Source of the DNA: the human T2T-CHM13v2.0 reference genome, Homo sapiens
Assembly (NCBI RefSeq): GCF_009914755.1
Contig: NC_060946.1
DNA: 64,000 nt
Reading direction: 5' to 3' (one strand)
Below the pieces are notes generated by a model, which saw nothing but the letters and a program-made list of their open reading frames with translations, did not search any database and had not been told where the DNA came from. The position numbers and the translations under genes were made by a program. How positions within the stretch are numbered: the stretch's first letter is position 1; each line of letters starts with the position of its first letter. This document shows positions 36,356-47,893 of the stretch, in pieces.

Positions 36356-36631
36356 GTGGGCAGGGGCTGGAGAGGTGCGAGGGTCGCCAGAGGGGGGGCA
36401 CCGCAGGGCCAGATGGGCAGCAGGGCCAGGGAGGCCTTGCACAGAGACCTCTGTCTTTCTGGGCCCCACCCTGCTCAGCTCCATAGAAGGGGTGACCCTG
36501 TGATGAGGGGGTCGGTCCCAGGCCATGGGCGCAGAGAACCAACCGGGAGGGCAGCTGTGTCCTGCCCACCCCACAGCCCCGGGACCCGGCTGATAATCCC
36601 GCCTGTCCCCACCCCGTCCCCGTCCGCCTAG

Positions 36632-36778
36632 GAGAACCTGTGGCTGGACAGCGTCTCTTTAATCATCAAGGACTCCTTGGAGGGGGAGCTGACCATCATC
36701 GACAACCTGTCGGGCTCCATCTTCCACCACTACTCCTCGCCTGCCGGCTGCAAGAAGTGTCACCACGACAAGCAAGAG
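36632..36778 (+). CDS. CACNA1I: CACNA1I exon 33 (ENLWLDSVSLIIK DSLEGEL...HDKQE); alternative acceptor at 36671 removes 13 aa
   Basis: cctag|GAG; GAG|gtaatg; 147 nt; internal aag|GAC 39 nt downstream matches the known delta-33 variant. Confidence 0.93.
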
Positions 36779-37839
36779 GTAATGGCAGCCCGGGAGGCCT
36801 GGCCCCTTGTGGCAGGGGCAGCACGAAACCTGGTGGGGGGCCTGTCCGAGGGTAGAGCCTGGCTCTGGGCTGTAGAGACCAGGCTGGGTCAACGTGGGCA
36901 CACGTAGCTTCCATGGCTGGGGCAGATTGGCTCCCTGAGTCAGGGCCAGGTGTGGGCCTGTGGTGTGGTGGCCACAGCTGCCGACCCCAGCACCATGCCG
37001 CACACAGTAGGTGCTTGGGTAGGGCAGCTGCCCCACCTTGTGTGCTGCAGGTGCCAGGCAGGGAGCCTGTGTGTCACTTGCAGGACAGCTTGCCCTTTCT
37101 GTGACATGAGGGGTCATCTGCCCGCTCTTCCCCCAAGGCATCATCCTGGCACTCAACCTCCTCCAGGTGCCCTGTCCTGGCCTCCACCTCAGGGCTTAGG
37201 CCCACCCAGCTCAGGGGTTCCCATGGGCCTGCCTCCAGAGCAGGCGCAGTTAGCCCCCTCCCCTCTCCCCAGCAGTGTGGGCCCCTGAGCTCTCCCTGGG
37301 GTGTTCCAGCCCCCAGAGTGGCCCCAGCCTCAGGTGGCTGCAGGGCAGGTCCCCAGGAACCATCAGCAGGAGCTGGAGGACTGGGCTGCCCCACATCCCT
37401 GCCCTGTGGTGGCTGCAGATTCTCCGGTGTCTCTGGGCCCCGCAGTGTCCCCTGCCTGTGACACGCTGTGCAGGTCATCCACATGGGGCCATAGATGAGT
37501 CAAGTCCAGCCCAGTCTTGACGGGCACTTGGTCTGGGGGCAAGCAGACAGCTGTGGAGTTCACAGCCCACGGCAACTCACCTGCCCTCAGGTCCAGGTAG
37601 CAAGATGGGCCACTCAGAGCTGGCTTCCACTGGAGGTGGCCACTGTGTCACCATCGCATGTCACCCAGGCTGGGCCCCTGCACAGGATGGACACATCATC
37701 CGTGTCCAGCAGGTGTCTGGACCTTTCTGACCACTGCTCGGCCTCTCTTCAGAGCCTCAGGCCTGTGGCTGCACGCCCCAGGACCCAGGTCTGCCCATCC
37801 CAAACCTGGGTGACCCGAGGCCACCCCCTCTTCCTGCAG

Positions 37840-37962
37840 GTGCAGCTGGCTGAGACGGAGGCCTTCTCCCTGAACTCAGACAGGTCCTCGTCCATCCTGC
37901 TGGGTGACGACCTGAGTCTCGAGGACCCCACAGCCTGCCCACCTGGCCGCAAAGACAGCAAG
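37840..37962 (+). CDS. CACNA1I: CACNA1I exon 34 (VQLAETEAF...RKDSK)
   Basis: tgcag|GTG; AAG|gtcagc; 123 nt. Confidence 0.93.
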
Positions 37963-39405
37963 GTCAGCTCCCCTGGGGACTCCTGAGCAGGCGGGTCTGT
38001 CCTTGAAACCTGGCCCCTGCCCACCCAGGCAGGACCCCCCTGTCTTTCCAGTCTACCATGTAAACGGCACCCACTGTGCTAGGCCTTCATCTCCTGTTGG
38101 ACAGATGAGGGCAGTAGGGCTCAGAGAGGTGGAGTGATTTGCCTGAGGTCACACAGCCACAAGCCCAGCCAGCACTCCAACCCGGCACCCAGCAGTACTG
38201 GCTGCTTCTTGTTGCTTTGAGTATTTTCTGGTCCATTCCACGGGGGGTCATCCCTGGCCGGCGGGGCTGTGAGGCTGAAGCGAACGGGGGAGTCATGTCA
38301 GGCACAAGCACCTGCTATGTGCGGGGGCGGTCGCGTCAGGCACAAGCACCTACTATGTGCAGGCGCTCTGCCCGTGCCACCTGTTTGTCTGCCGCACGGC
38401 TCTGTGCAGCAGGGATGATTTGTTCCCACTTCACATGTGAGGAAATGGTTCCAAGAAGTGGGGCGATGCTCACATCACACAGCCAGGAATGACAGAGCAG
38501 GAAGCCACCCCAGGGGGTCAGTCTGAGGAGGCCTGCAGGCCAGGAGGGGGCTCTTGCTGATCCTGCAGTCTTAGGGGGTGAGATCTCAAGACCTGGGCTC
38601 CTGATCTCAAGGTCAAGGTGGTCCTGCCCTGCTGGGGGTGGGGGGTGTAAGGGACAGCTGGGGGATACCCTGGGCTTGGTACCTCTGCCCCCTAGGCTGG
38701 CCCTCCATCAGCTCAGAGTAGGCTGTGGGGCCAGTTCCTCCTGTCCCTTCCATGTCATTTTGGTCCCCTCCCTGATTGGTAACAGTTGCTGCAGCTCCCC
38801 GCACCCCTACACTGCTCTCCTACAAAGGATATCAGGATGCACAGTTTCTGGGACTCAGCTGGACTTGGGCAGGGTGCAGTCTTTTGTGCCAGACTCAGCA
38901 AGTCATTGGAGGTCGGGGTGGCACGAGTTCATCTGCCTTGGAGGGGGCATTAAGGCGGCTCTTCTGGGAAGGGGTCACTCTGGGCTGCAGGGCTGAGGAA
39001 TGTGGGGGCCAGGGAATGCCTAGGAAGGTAGGCGTTACTCTCCTTGGATGCAGAAACAGGCTCAGCAAAGGGAAGGGACCCACCCAAGGTCATGCTCATG
39101 GGACACTCGTGTGGCCACTCAGCCTGTCTTCTGATGCCTTCGCCAGCCTTGACCTGGCTTCTTCGCTGGGCCAGGGTCTGTACCAGGGGAAGTCACTAAC
39201 TGCCTGGGGCATCCAGTGGGCATTCGGAGGTGGATTCCTTTCACGGGATTTTGGAAGATGGTCAGGTAGAGGAGGTGAGAGGAAGGTCAGACTAGACATG
39301 AGGGTAGCCTAGTTAAGCAAGGGGCCGTGGAGCAGGTCATGAGGTACCCTTCATGAGCTGTCCCCCTTCCCAGTCCTGCCCCATCCTACCTCCCTTTCCT
39401 TGCAG

Positions 39406-39571
39406 GGTGAGCTGGACCCACCTGAGCCCATGCGTGTGGGAGACCTGGGCGAATGCTTCTTCCCCTTGTCCTCTACGGCCGTCTCGCCGGATCCAGAGAA
39501 CTTCCTGTGTGAGATGGAGGAGATCCCATTCAACCCTGTCCGGTCCTGGCTGAAACATGACAGCAGTCAAG
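39406..39571 (+). CDS. CACNA1I: CACNA1I exon 35 (GELDPPEPM...KHDSSQ)
   Basis: tgcag|GGT; G|gtgagg; 166 nt. Confidence 0.93.
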
Positions 39572-41211
39572 GTGAGGGGTGGGAGCCCTGCCAGCTCCCC
39601 ACAGCCCTCATCTTGGGCATCTGCTTCAGAGGGAGATGGCTGAGTTTTTTCCTTAGTATTTTTACCCAGATTATTATATTTAGTCCAGAAAGAACCAGAT
39701 GGATATCTGACAATGAGAGATAGACTCTCAGGCCTGATATAACAATGATAAAAGATCAAGAGCCAAATAGTACAAAAAGATGAGGTAATTATAACAAAAA
39801 CCTAAGCATCTAAAGGAAGCTTCATGCTGAGCTTCCTAGGAGCCATGGTGAAAAGGGAAAGAGGTGGGTACACACGGCTCTCATCAAGCAGAAGGAAAGC
39901 TGCCAGATTATTGTGGTGTTTTTCTAGAGCTGAATTTGAGAGGTGTGTAGCCCACAGATCTTCATATACACGGGGATGTTAAACATAGGAAAGCCTGGTG
40001 TCTTCAATAGCCGTTTTGTGAATTCCTGATACTTATCCTTCAGCCCTACCTGCAGTGTTCTGTTTATGCTTTGGGCCTGTGGCTGGGCTCTGGGCACAGG
40101 GCCAGGGGACTAAGCTGGCCTGCCATCATGGGCTCATCTTTGTTGTGGTCCTCATGGAGGGTGGCAGGAACCTGGTTTCGCATCACTGGCTGTGGAGGGA
40201 GGCAGAGAGATGAGGAGCCCAGCAGAAGAGGGATGCCCAAGACTCTGAGCCCACCCCAAGTACCCTTCAGGGACGCCTCCCAGGAGCCAGGGGTGGGGTG
40301 ACTTTCCTGGGCACCCTCCTGAGAGCTGATGGGCTCTCAGCTGGCCAGGGTGGCTGAGGTGCCAAGATCCCAGACTTCCCAAACCAGAATTCAGGGCACA
40401 GGGCTGACCCGAGAGCCATTCCGGTGGAATGCAATCTCATTCCCTTTAGCCAACCATTTATTTACGTTTTCCTTAAATGGTAAGATGGTATGGCATAGGA
40501 ACCCCAGCCAGGACATTCAGACTGTCCAGCCGTCTTGGGTACATTTTTCCATTATCTCACCCTCAACCTGCAAGGTGTGGAGGGGACTGTGGGCAGAGGC
40601 TGCTGCTACCCCCCACGCCCCCCACACCCAGACCTGCCCCAGCCTTCAGACCCCCCACCCCCATCCTTGCCCCTCACCATGTGCAGCCAACCAGGCCAGA
40701 CTGACCTGCCATCCAGTGTAGCGCCTGACCCGGGGCTGGGACGCCCCAACCCACCTGCTGTCCCACAGTAGCCCCCAGGCCTGGCCAGGCCCCATGGTGG
40801 GGTCAGGACCTGGAGGTGACTGATCCTAGTGAGCACCTACTATGTACTTGGTACTGAGCTGGGAGCTTCCAGCTGTTTCTTCTCCTTATGCCCCTCAAGA
40901 TGGCATCTTGTTCCCTTTTACAGAGGAAGAGAGCTAGGCTTGAGCCCGCGTCTGCTTGCCTCCAAAAGCTGTGTCTTTGCCCAGGGCCCCCGCCCCCTGG
41001 AATCAAAAGGGCTGCTTCAGGATTTCTCTCTTGCTCTCACAATGGGGAAACGAAGGCTTAGAGAGGGGGGACTTGTCCACAGTCTCACAGTCAGTTTATT
41101 AGGTGGCCCCTCACTGCTGGCCCAGTGAGATTGGTGCTCAATGCCACCTTCCAGGGGCTGCCCCCTGGCCTGAGCGTGCTCCCTCAGCTCTGTCTTCTCC
41201 TTTCCCAGCAG

Positions 41212-41408
41212 CACCCCCAAGTCCCTTCTCCCCGGATGCCTCCAGCCCTCTCCTGCCCATGCCAGCCGAGTTCTTCCACCCTGCAGTGTCTGCCAGCCAG
41301 AAAGGCCCAGAAAAGGGCACTGGCACTGGAACCCTCCCCAAGATTGCGCTGCAGGGCTCCTGGGCATCTCTGCGGTCACCAAGGGTCAACTGTACCCTCC
41401 TCCGGCAG
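41212..41408 (+). CDS. CACNA1I: CACNA1I exon 36 (APPSPFSPD...CTLLRQ); start may be 41209 (CAGCAG tandem acceptor)
   Basis: cccagcag| acceptor; CAG|gtaccg donor. Confidence 0.9.
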
Positions 41409-42187
41409 GTACCGACACCTCCCAGGCCCTAGAGCACTGGTCTGTGGGCAAGGGGCAGGATCTAAGCCAGGCCTGGAAGTCCAAGGGACTGGGAGGGGAA
41501 GGACCCAACCAAAGGCCGAGGGCACCACCGTGCAAGGGGGTTTGGGAACGCTGGGGTGACGCTGAGACTGGAGGGGGAGGTGGCACTGGGGCGGATGGAG
41601 TGGGCGGGGCTGGGTCCTGGGGACAGCAGAGTGTGGGGAGGACCCCAAGGCGGGTCTGGAAGAGGCCTGTGATCCCTAGCTTGAGGGGAGGGGAGGAGAG
41701 GAGGAGGAGTACTGGAGGTTTTGCAGGGTGGCGGGGTGCTGGCAGTGGGGAGGACACCCTGGGTGCTCTGGGTGGGTGTGAGTGGGGGCTTGATTACTAG
41801 GAATGGAGGTGGGAGGGCGGGTCTGGTGGATGAGAAGCCTCGGGCTGCAGGGTCCCCCGTACTGGATTGGCCAGGGCCACAGCCCTCCTACCCACGGGCA
41901 CACAGAGGTCTGAAGCACTGAGGGCTCCGCTGTGGGGGTGGGGAAATGGGGCCGGGCCGGCTCCCACAGTGAGTGCAGTTGATTCACTGGGTGACTGTCT
42001 GACCCGTCACACCAGGCTGTGTGCTCTGGCGGGCAGGACACAAACTCCCTGCCTGCCGGGCTCACTGTTTAGTGCTGAGAGTGAGCTGCCTGGGTGCAGG
42101 AGGGATGATAACCAAAATAAATGTCTGCAGAGTAAAGTCTACTCCATGGTGGACAGGCAGGGAGAACAGCTCCTGGGGAGGGGCTGC

Positions 42188-42277
42188 AGGTGGGGGGCCC
42201 CGGGGTTGGGAGGTGGGGGGCTCTGGGGCTGGGAGGTGGGGGGCCCACGGGGCCGGGAGGTGGGGGCCAGGGGCCGG
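42188..42277 (+). repeat. ~23-bp G-rich tandem repeat x4 (aggtggggggc-N3/4-ggggYYggg)
   Basis: Units start at 42188, 42211, 42234, 42258. Confidence 0.85.
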
Positions 42278-42419
42278 AGCAAGTGGGAGGGACCGGAACC
42301 AGTGGGAGCAGCCAAGGCTGGGGCCGCGTCAGACCATGGGGGGTGCGGTGGGGGTGCCACGTGCCCTGGGGGAGGGCGGTGGGCCCAGGGCTTCCCCTTG
42401 GAGTGAGCCTGGAGCCTTC

Positions 42420-43490
42420 TGTGACGGGCAGGGCCGGGTCTGACCTGGGTTTGAGGCGGATGCTAGCTCCTCTCGGGGGACCTCTCGGGGCAGGTGAAGG
42501 CCCTGCGGTGACGCCGCCTAAGCTGGACGTGCGGAGGGGAGAAGCCCTGCTCCGAAGGGAGCTCCTTGGATGGGGTCTGCCTGCTGCCTGCTGTGCGGGG
42601 GAGGGCGGCGTCCAGGTTGCTGGGGTGGGGGCCGACACAGGCGGCCTCCACGGCTCCCACCTCCCCCCAGGCCACCGGGAGCGACACGTCGCTGGACGCC
42701 AGCCCCAGCAGCTCCGCGGGCAGCCTGCAGACCACGCTCGAGGACAGCCTGACCCTGAGCGACAGCCCCCGGCGTGCCCTGGGGCCGCCCGCGCCTGCTC
42801 CAGGACCCCGGGCCGGCCTGTCCCCCGCCGCTCGCCGCCGCCTGAGCCTGCGCGGCCGGGGCCTCTTCAGCCTGCGGGGGCTGCGGGCGCATCAGCGCAG
42901 CCACAGCAGCGGGGGCTCCACCAGCCCGGGCTGCACCCACCACGACTCCATGGACCCCTCGGACGAGGAGGGCCGCGGTGGCGCGGGCGGCGGGGGCGCG
43001 GGCAGCGAGCACTCGGAGACCCTCAGCAGCCTCTCGCTCACCTCCCTCTTCTGCCCGCCGCCCCCGCCGCCAGCCCCCGGCCTCACGCCCGCCAGGAAGT
43101 TCAGCAGCACCAGCAGCCTGGCCGCCCCCGGCCGCCCCCACGCCGCCGCCCTGGCCCACGGCCTGGCCCGGAGCCCCTCGTGGGCCGCGGACCGCAGCAA
43201 GGACCCCCCCGGCCGGGCACCGCTGCCCATGGGCCTGGGCCCCTTGGCGCCCCCGCCGCAACCGCTCCCCGGAGAGCTGGAGCCGGGAGACGCCGCCAGC
43301 AAGAGGAAGAGATGAGGGTCGCAGGGGCCCCCGGCCGCCCACCGCCCGCCCCGTCTCACCTTCTTTACCTCAGGAGCCAGGAGCAGACAGCAATACTTCG
43401 TCCACACCTGGGATCGCGCAAGGCCCGCAGGGCACAGGCGCCCGACAGCCGGGCTGAGCGGAGTCTGGGTTAGCCAGGCCTGCGTGGCCC
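42420..43490. promoter_or_regulatory. CpG island over terminal exon 37
   Basis: Very high GC and CpG density extending into intron 36 and the 3' UTR. Confidence 0.7.
42671..43315 (+). CDS. CACNA1I: CACNA1I terminal exon 37 coding part (ATGSDTSLD...DAASKRKR*)
   Basis: cccag|GCC; TGA at 43313-43315; ORF track 42566..43315. Confidence 0.94.
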   Translation, partial: ATGSDTSLDASPSSSAGSLQTTLEDSLTLSDSPRRALGPPAPAPGPRAGLSPAARRRLSLRGRGLFSLRGLRAHQRSHSSGGSTSPGCTHHDSMDPSDEEGRGGAGGGGAGSEHSETLSSLSLTSLFCPPPPPPAPGLTPARKFSSTSSLAAPGRPHAAALAHGLARSPSWAADRSKDPPGRAPLPMGLGPLAPPPQPLPGELEPGDAASKRKR

Positions 43491-43507
43491 ATGGTGGCCC
43501 TTCCAGT

Positions 43508-43630
43508 GCATATACATACATATATATATATATATGCATATATATATATATATATATATATATGCATATATATATATATATATATATGTGTGTATACACA
43601 CACACATAGACAGACATATATATATATATT
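43508..43630 (+). repeat. Compound (TA)n/(CA)n microsatellite in the 3' UTR
   Basis: Three (TA)n runs punctuated by TGCA, then TG/CA and more TA. Confidence 0.95.
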
Positions 43631-46600
43631 TATTTTTTTTACTGAGAGCTTATGACTTCCAGAAAGTGCTAAAGGTGGGAGGTGGGCCAGGGCCTGGACG
43701 GGGCTTTTGTCTGATGCTCTGGGATTCTGGCCAGACCCACCCCAGGGCACATGTCCTGCGGGGGCGTCCCAGCTGTGTTTTTTGATGTCTCCTCCCTGGT
43801 TAAGAGTAGCTTGGAGAGGACCCTCAGGCCTCTGAGGGCACCAGGCCCTGGAGAAGAGGTGCAATTCAGGGTGTGTGTGTGTTTTTTTTCCTTTAAAGAA
43901 GAAACGCTGCTAAGATCCCACGTGGCTCCCACGTGTCGGGGTGTCTGTCCTGTCATCCTGACTGTCTCGTTATTGTGAAGTCTTTCGTAGACACCCCAGA
44001 GCACACACATCCCCTTAGTCCACCGGTTAGATGTCTCTCTTTAGAAAAATCAGGGGTGAGTAGCTGTGTTTCCTTAGGCCTGGGGTAGGGGATGGAGAGC
44101 AGCTCCAAGGCTGAGCTGGGGCTCTGGCCCCAGGTGAGGTCCCCAGCTCCTGAGCACTTCTGAGGGGGTGGGTTCCACCCCCAGGAGGGCGGGGGTGGGT
44201 GGAGCAGGAGTGGAGGCAGCCTGCAGAGGAAGGGTGCGGGAGACTGAGCCGGCAGTGGCTTGCTTGGAGGGGCTAGGGTACCCGCCTGGTCTCGGCTGGC
44301 TCCAGCTGCCCTGCAGGTGCCCCTGGGCTCAGGTAGTTAGTTGTTCAGCCACTAATGCCTTTTATCCCCCATATGGGCGCTGAGCTGTGGCTGTTCCTGG
44401 ACACTGTGCTGTCCCCGTCCTGAGCAACTATGCCCCCGCCCCAGTAGGTTCAAGGCAAAGCAGCTCTGACCGAATTCTAGGCAGGGGTGGGGGCACCTGC
44501 CTGGGCCCTGGGTCCAGCCGCATCCCCATGCCCAGCCTTTCGCGTCACCTGGAGGCCACATCTTCCCACCCCACCTGCCAGCCCCTGTCTCTCCTCCCCG
44601 CTGCCCCTAACTGCAGCTCAGCTTTCACTATAGCAGTGCTTCCCAAACGGGTTCTAGACTTGGGTGTTTGATTTGAAGAGTTACGCATTTATTTCACTAT
44701 TTATTGGGAAAAAAATGCATTGAACCCGTGATTTCACAGACATTTTGCTTAGGTCAAGGCTACTTTTTAAAAAGGGAGTGACTTTCATGAAGTCAGTTTG
44801 AAGAAGGAGGTTGGGAGCATGTTGGTGGCAGTGATCTGGAGAGGCTGCAGGGGCCACGAGTTTGCAGATGCTGTACTTCAGCAATAACCTTGCCTTTGCT
44901 AAGACCCCCTCCGAGGGCTTCAGGGGGGCCTGCCAAGGGGGGGCCTTGTTCTTGTTCCCAAACTCTGACTTGGAAGAACTCAGCTTGTGGCCGGGCTGGT
45001 GAGGGTGTGGGGTGCGCCCTTCCCTTTTGGGCTGAGGGAGAGGGGGCCGGGAGGGGTTGTCAAGCCCACCCGGGAAACTGAGCCCTGGAGAGGGGAAGCA
45101 GCCAGCCCAGGATGCTTCAGGGCCCTGGCAGCAAAGAAGCTGGGGTGGTGTGGAGGGCCCTACTCCACACCCTAGAGCTGTGATGCTGAGCAAGGTGCCT
45201 GTGGCGGAAGGAACTGCCCAGTCCTCCCTGGGGGCAGGTAGACCTGTGGGGATGGCTCGGTCCAAGCCCAACACTGCCCGCTCCAGAGAGCCTCAGCCCT
45301 GCCTCCCTTTCCACAGAGGTGGTTTTATGTGGAACGAGGTACCTTGTCTGGGGAAGAAGTGGAGCTGGGCAGGCTTGACTGCTCCTGGCTGACCCTGAGC
45401 TCTCGCAGTTGGAGGGAAGCAGACAGACTTGACTTTTTGCAAGTCCGCGTGTTGCTGGAGGGACACGTGTATTGGAGCCCAGAAGAGGGGCTGTGTGGCC
45501 TGGGAATACCATGTGGAAGGTTGGGCTTCAAGTTAACAGGATCAGACACCAGTCAAGCAGCCTCAGGTCATCTTGCGACTCCACTGAGCAGCCTTTCCTG
45601 TTGTCACATGGGTTCAGAGCAGCTGAGCAGGGAACACGTCCTAGGCAGGTCTGACGTGAAACCTCCCCTTACCCTGAACCGTGTGACTCTGCAAGCAGAC
45701 ACCTCGAGGCAGGTGTTCTAGGCAAAGGGATGGGCATGAGCGAAGGCTCCAGGGTCCACAGAGCAGGGAGTGTGGAGAAGGTGGAAGAGCTGAGCTCAGA
45801 GGCAGAGAAGCTCCTTGCAGGGAGCACTGGGAGATGGCCTGGCCCGTCCCAGGCTCCTGGAGGCCCCACCTGCCGATCCCAGGCACTTGACCTTGTTCCT
45901 GTGGGTGACAGAGATGAGAACCAGGGAAGCTGTGATCCACTGGCCAGGACAAGTCAACATGGGTGAGGGTTGGGCAAAGGGCCCTTCCTTCCTCCCCAAC
46001 CCTGTGGTCTGGGGCCATGGCCTCAGGCTTGTGTCTATCACAAAAGCACAAACTTGCCCTAACCCACATGGGCCTGGCTGTGGGGAAAGTGGGGACCCAG
46101 GTCCCTGAGCTGTCTGCTGGGCTCCGTAGAGCGGTGGTGGGCAGGCACCTTGGCATCTGTGCAGAGACGGCCCAGTCTGGCCAAATCCTCTTCCTCTCCC
46201 CTGCTCTACCTTCTCCGGCACCAGGCAGCCCCTTAAAGGAGGACAAAGTGTGTAAAGCCCGTCTGCTGTCTTCCCCCAAATCCTCAGCTCAGAGCCTTCC
46301 GCTTCCAGGGCCAACCCCAGCCCCGTTTGCTGCGTTGTGTAAGGGCTTGGGGTCTTAGAAGCTGCTCTTTAGCCCAGATACACATACTCTTTTTTGTCTT
46401 TGTGCAATAATCAGTGTTCCTGGCAGAGCCTGGGCCAAGCTGCAGCCTACTGAGGAGGCAGAGGCCACCTCCTCCAGAAAGCCCTCGGCCTGGGCCGCCG
46501 CCGTGACTCTAGCACTCTCAGTCGCTGTACAGTTTCTATGGTGTGAATGAACTTCCCTCCTAGTTGCTGATGGCGCTGGTACCTGCTGGCCCATGGCCCG

Positions 46601-46643
46601 GGTGTAGAGAAACCAAGCGGCAGCCACCACCAGTGTTGTTTTG

Positions 46644-46649
46644 AATAAA
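46644..46649 (+). terminator. Polyadenylation signal AATAAA of CACNA1I
   Basis: ttgAATAAAagcc; GTGTGTCTCTGCTGTTCTTT downstream element ~30 nt later. Confidence 0.8.
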
Positions 46650-46969
46650 AGCCCAGAAGCCTATTTAAGAATTTCTCCGTGTGTCTCTGCTGTTCTTTCC
46701 CCAGCGGGGTGGGTGTCAAGCTGAGGCTTCTCTCAAGGGAGGGGTGGCAGTGTCTCCTCCCCCATTTTCAGGCATGGGGCCTGGGGCGTCGGGGACCTAG
46801 AACAATGCTCATGGCAGGGTGCTCTCATGGCCGCTGGGTGGCTGGGGGCCTGTGGAGCTGGGGAGGAGGCAGGCCTGGTTCCCATACTCTGCTGCTGTGG
46901 CTGAGTTGCTGGACCCGGGCGAGAGGGTCACGTGGGAAGAATAATCTGTTCACCGTTTGGCACTGTCTA

Positions 46970-47256
46970 TTTCTTTTTCTTTCTTTTTTTTTTTTTTGAG
47001 ACGGAGTCTCGCTCTGTTGCCCAGGCTCGAGTGCAGTGGCAAGATCTCAGCTCACTGCAAGGATCAAGCGATTCTCCCGCTTCAGCCTCCTGAGTAGCTG
47101 GGATTACAGGCGCCTGCTATCATGCCTGGCTAAGTTTTGTATTTTTAGTAGAGACAGGGTTTTGCCACATTGGCCAGCTGGTCTCGAACTCTTGACCTCA
47201 GGTGATCCACCCGCCTCGGGTGCTGGGATTACAGGCATGAACCACCATGCCCAGCC
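46970..47256 (-). mobile_element. Alu (AluS-like), antisense, with small deletions
   Basis: poly-T plus Alu reverse complement. Confidence 0.9.
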
Positions 47257-47879
47257 TGCACTGTTTCTTGAGTAAGTCCCCATCAGATTGCGCTGACCCA
47301 AGGACAGGGACTGTGTTTACTCCTCCCACCCGGAGCCTGGTGCAGGTTGAGATTCAGCAAATGTCAGCTCCGTGGCTGTGTTTTGGAAGCAGAAGGGATT
47401 TCAAAGACCAACTAACACCTTATCTTATTTTTCCACTTGAGGAAACAGGCCTGGAATGGCAGCAGGGTGTGGTCTGGGCCACACAGCGAGGCAGAGGCTA
47501 GGGGTGACGGGCACCTGCATGCCACCTCCACAGCCAGAGGCTCGGCCCCTGGGGAGGAGAACCCTGATTTGTCATCCTCTCTCTTCCCCGTTAATAATGG
47601 GATTAAAAGCAAGTTGCTGCCAAGGAGAGAGACTGGCTTTAAAAAAAAAAAATAACACAAGAACATTTTAAGAGAATGAAAAACTTCAGCCATCAGCACT
47701 TTTTATTTAGACCCGAATTCATGAATTTTAACCAAATAAACACAGGCATGTTAGGTATTAATATATGTAAGATTATGCAAAACCACTATTATGGCTATAA
47801 TGAAAATTAGATTCTGACTCTTGTTGTGCTCCAGGAGGGAGGCATCCTCCGGTTTCTAGCGCAGTGACCTCCGATTGCT

Positions 47880-47893
47880 GTCACCATGGTAAC
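47880..47893. promoter_or_regulatory. RFX X-box motif GTCACCATGGTAAC
   Basis: Exact fit to GTNRCC-N2-RGYAAC. Confidence 0.55.

Larger units (their letters stand above)
43316..46670 (+). other. CACNA1I: CACNA1I 3' UTR (~3.3 kb)
   Basis: Runs from the stop codon to the first canonical AATAAA that has a downstream GT/T-rich element; end approximate. Confidence 0.75.

Noticed and set aside
42190-43473. 427-aa ORF overlapping exon 37 in another frame
   Set aside because: Non-ATG start, very GC-rich stop-poor sequence, low-complexity G/P/R product with no recognisable domain
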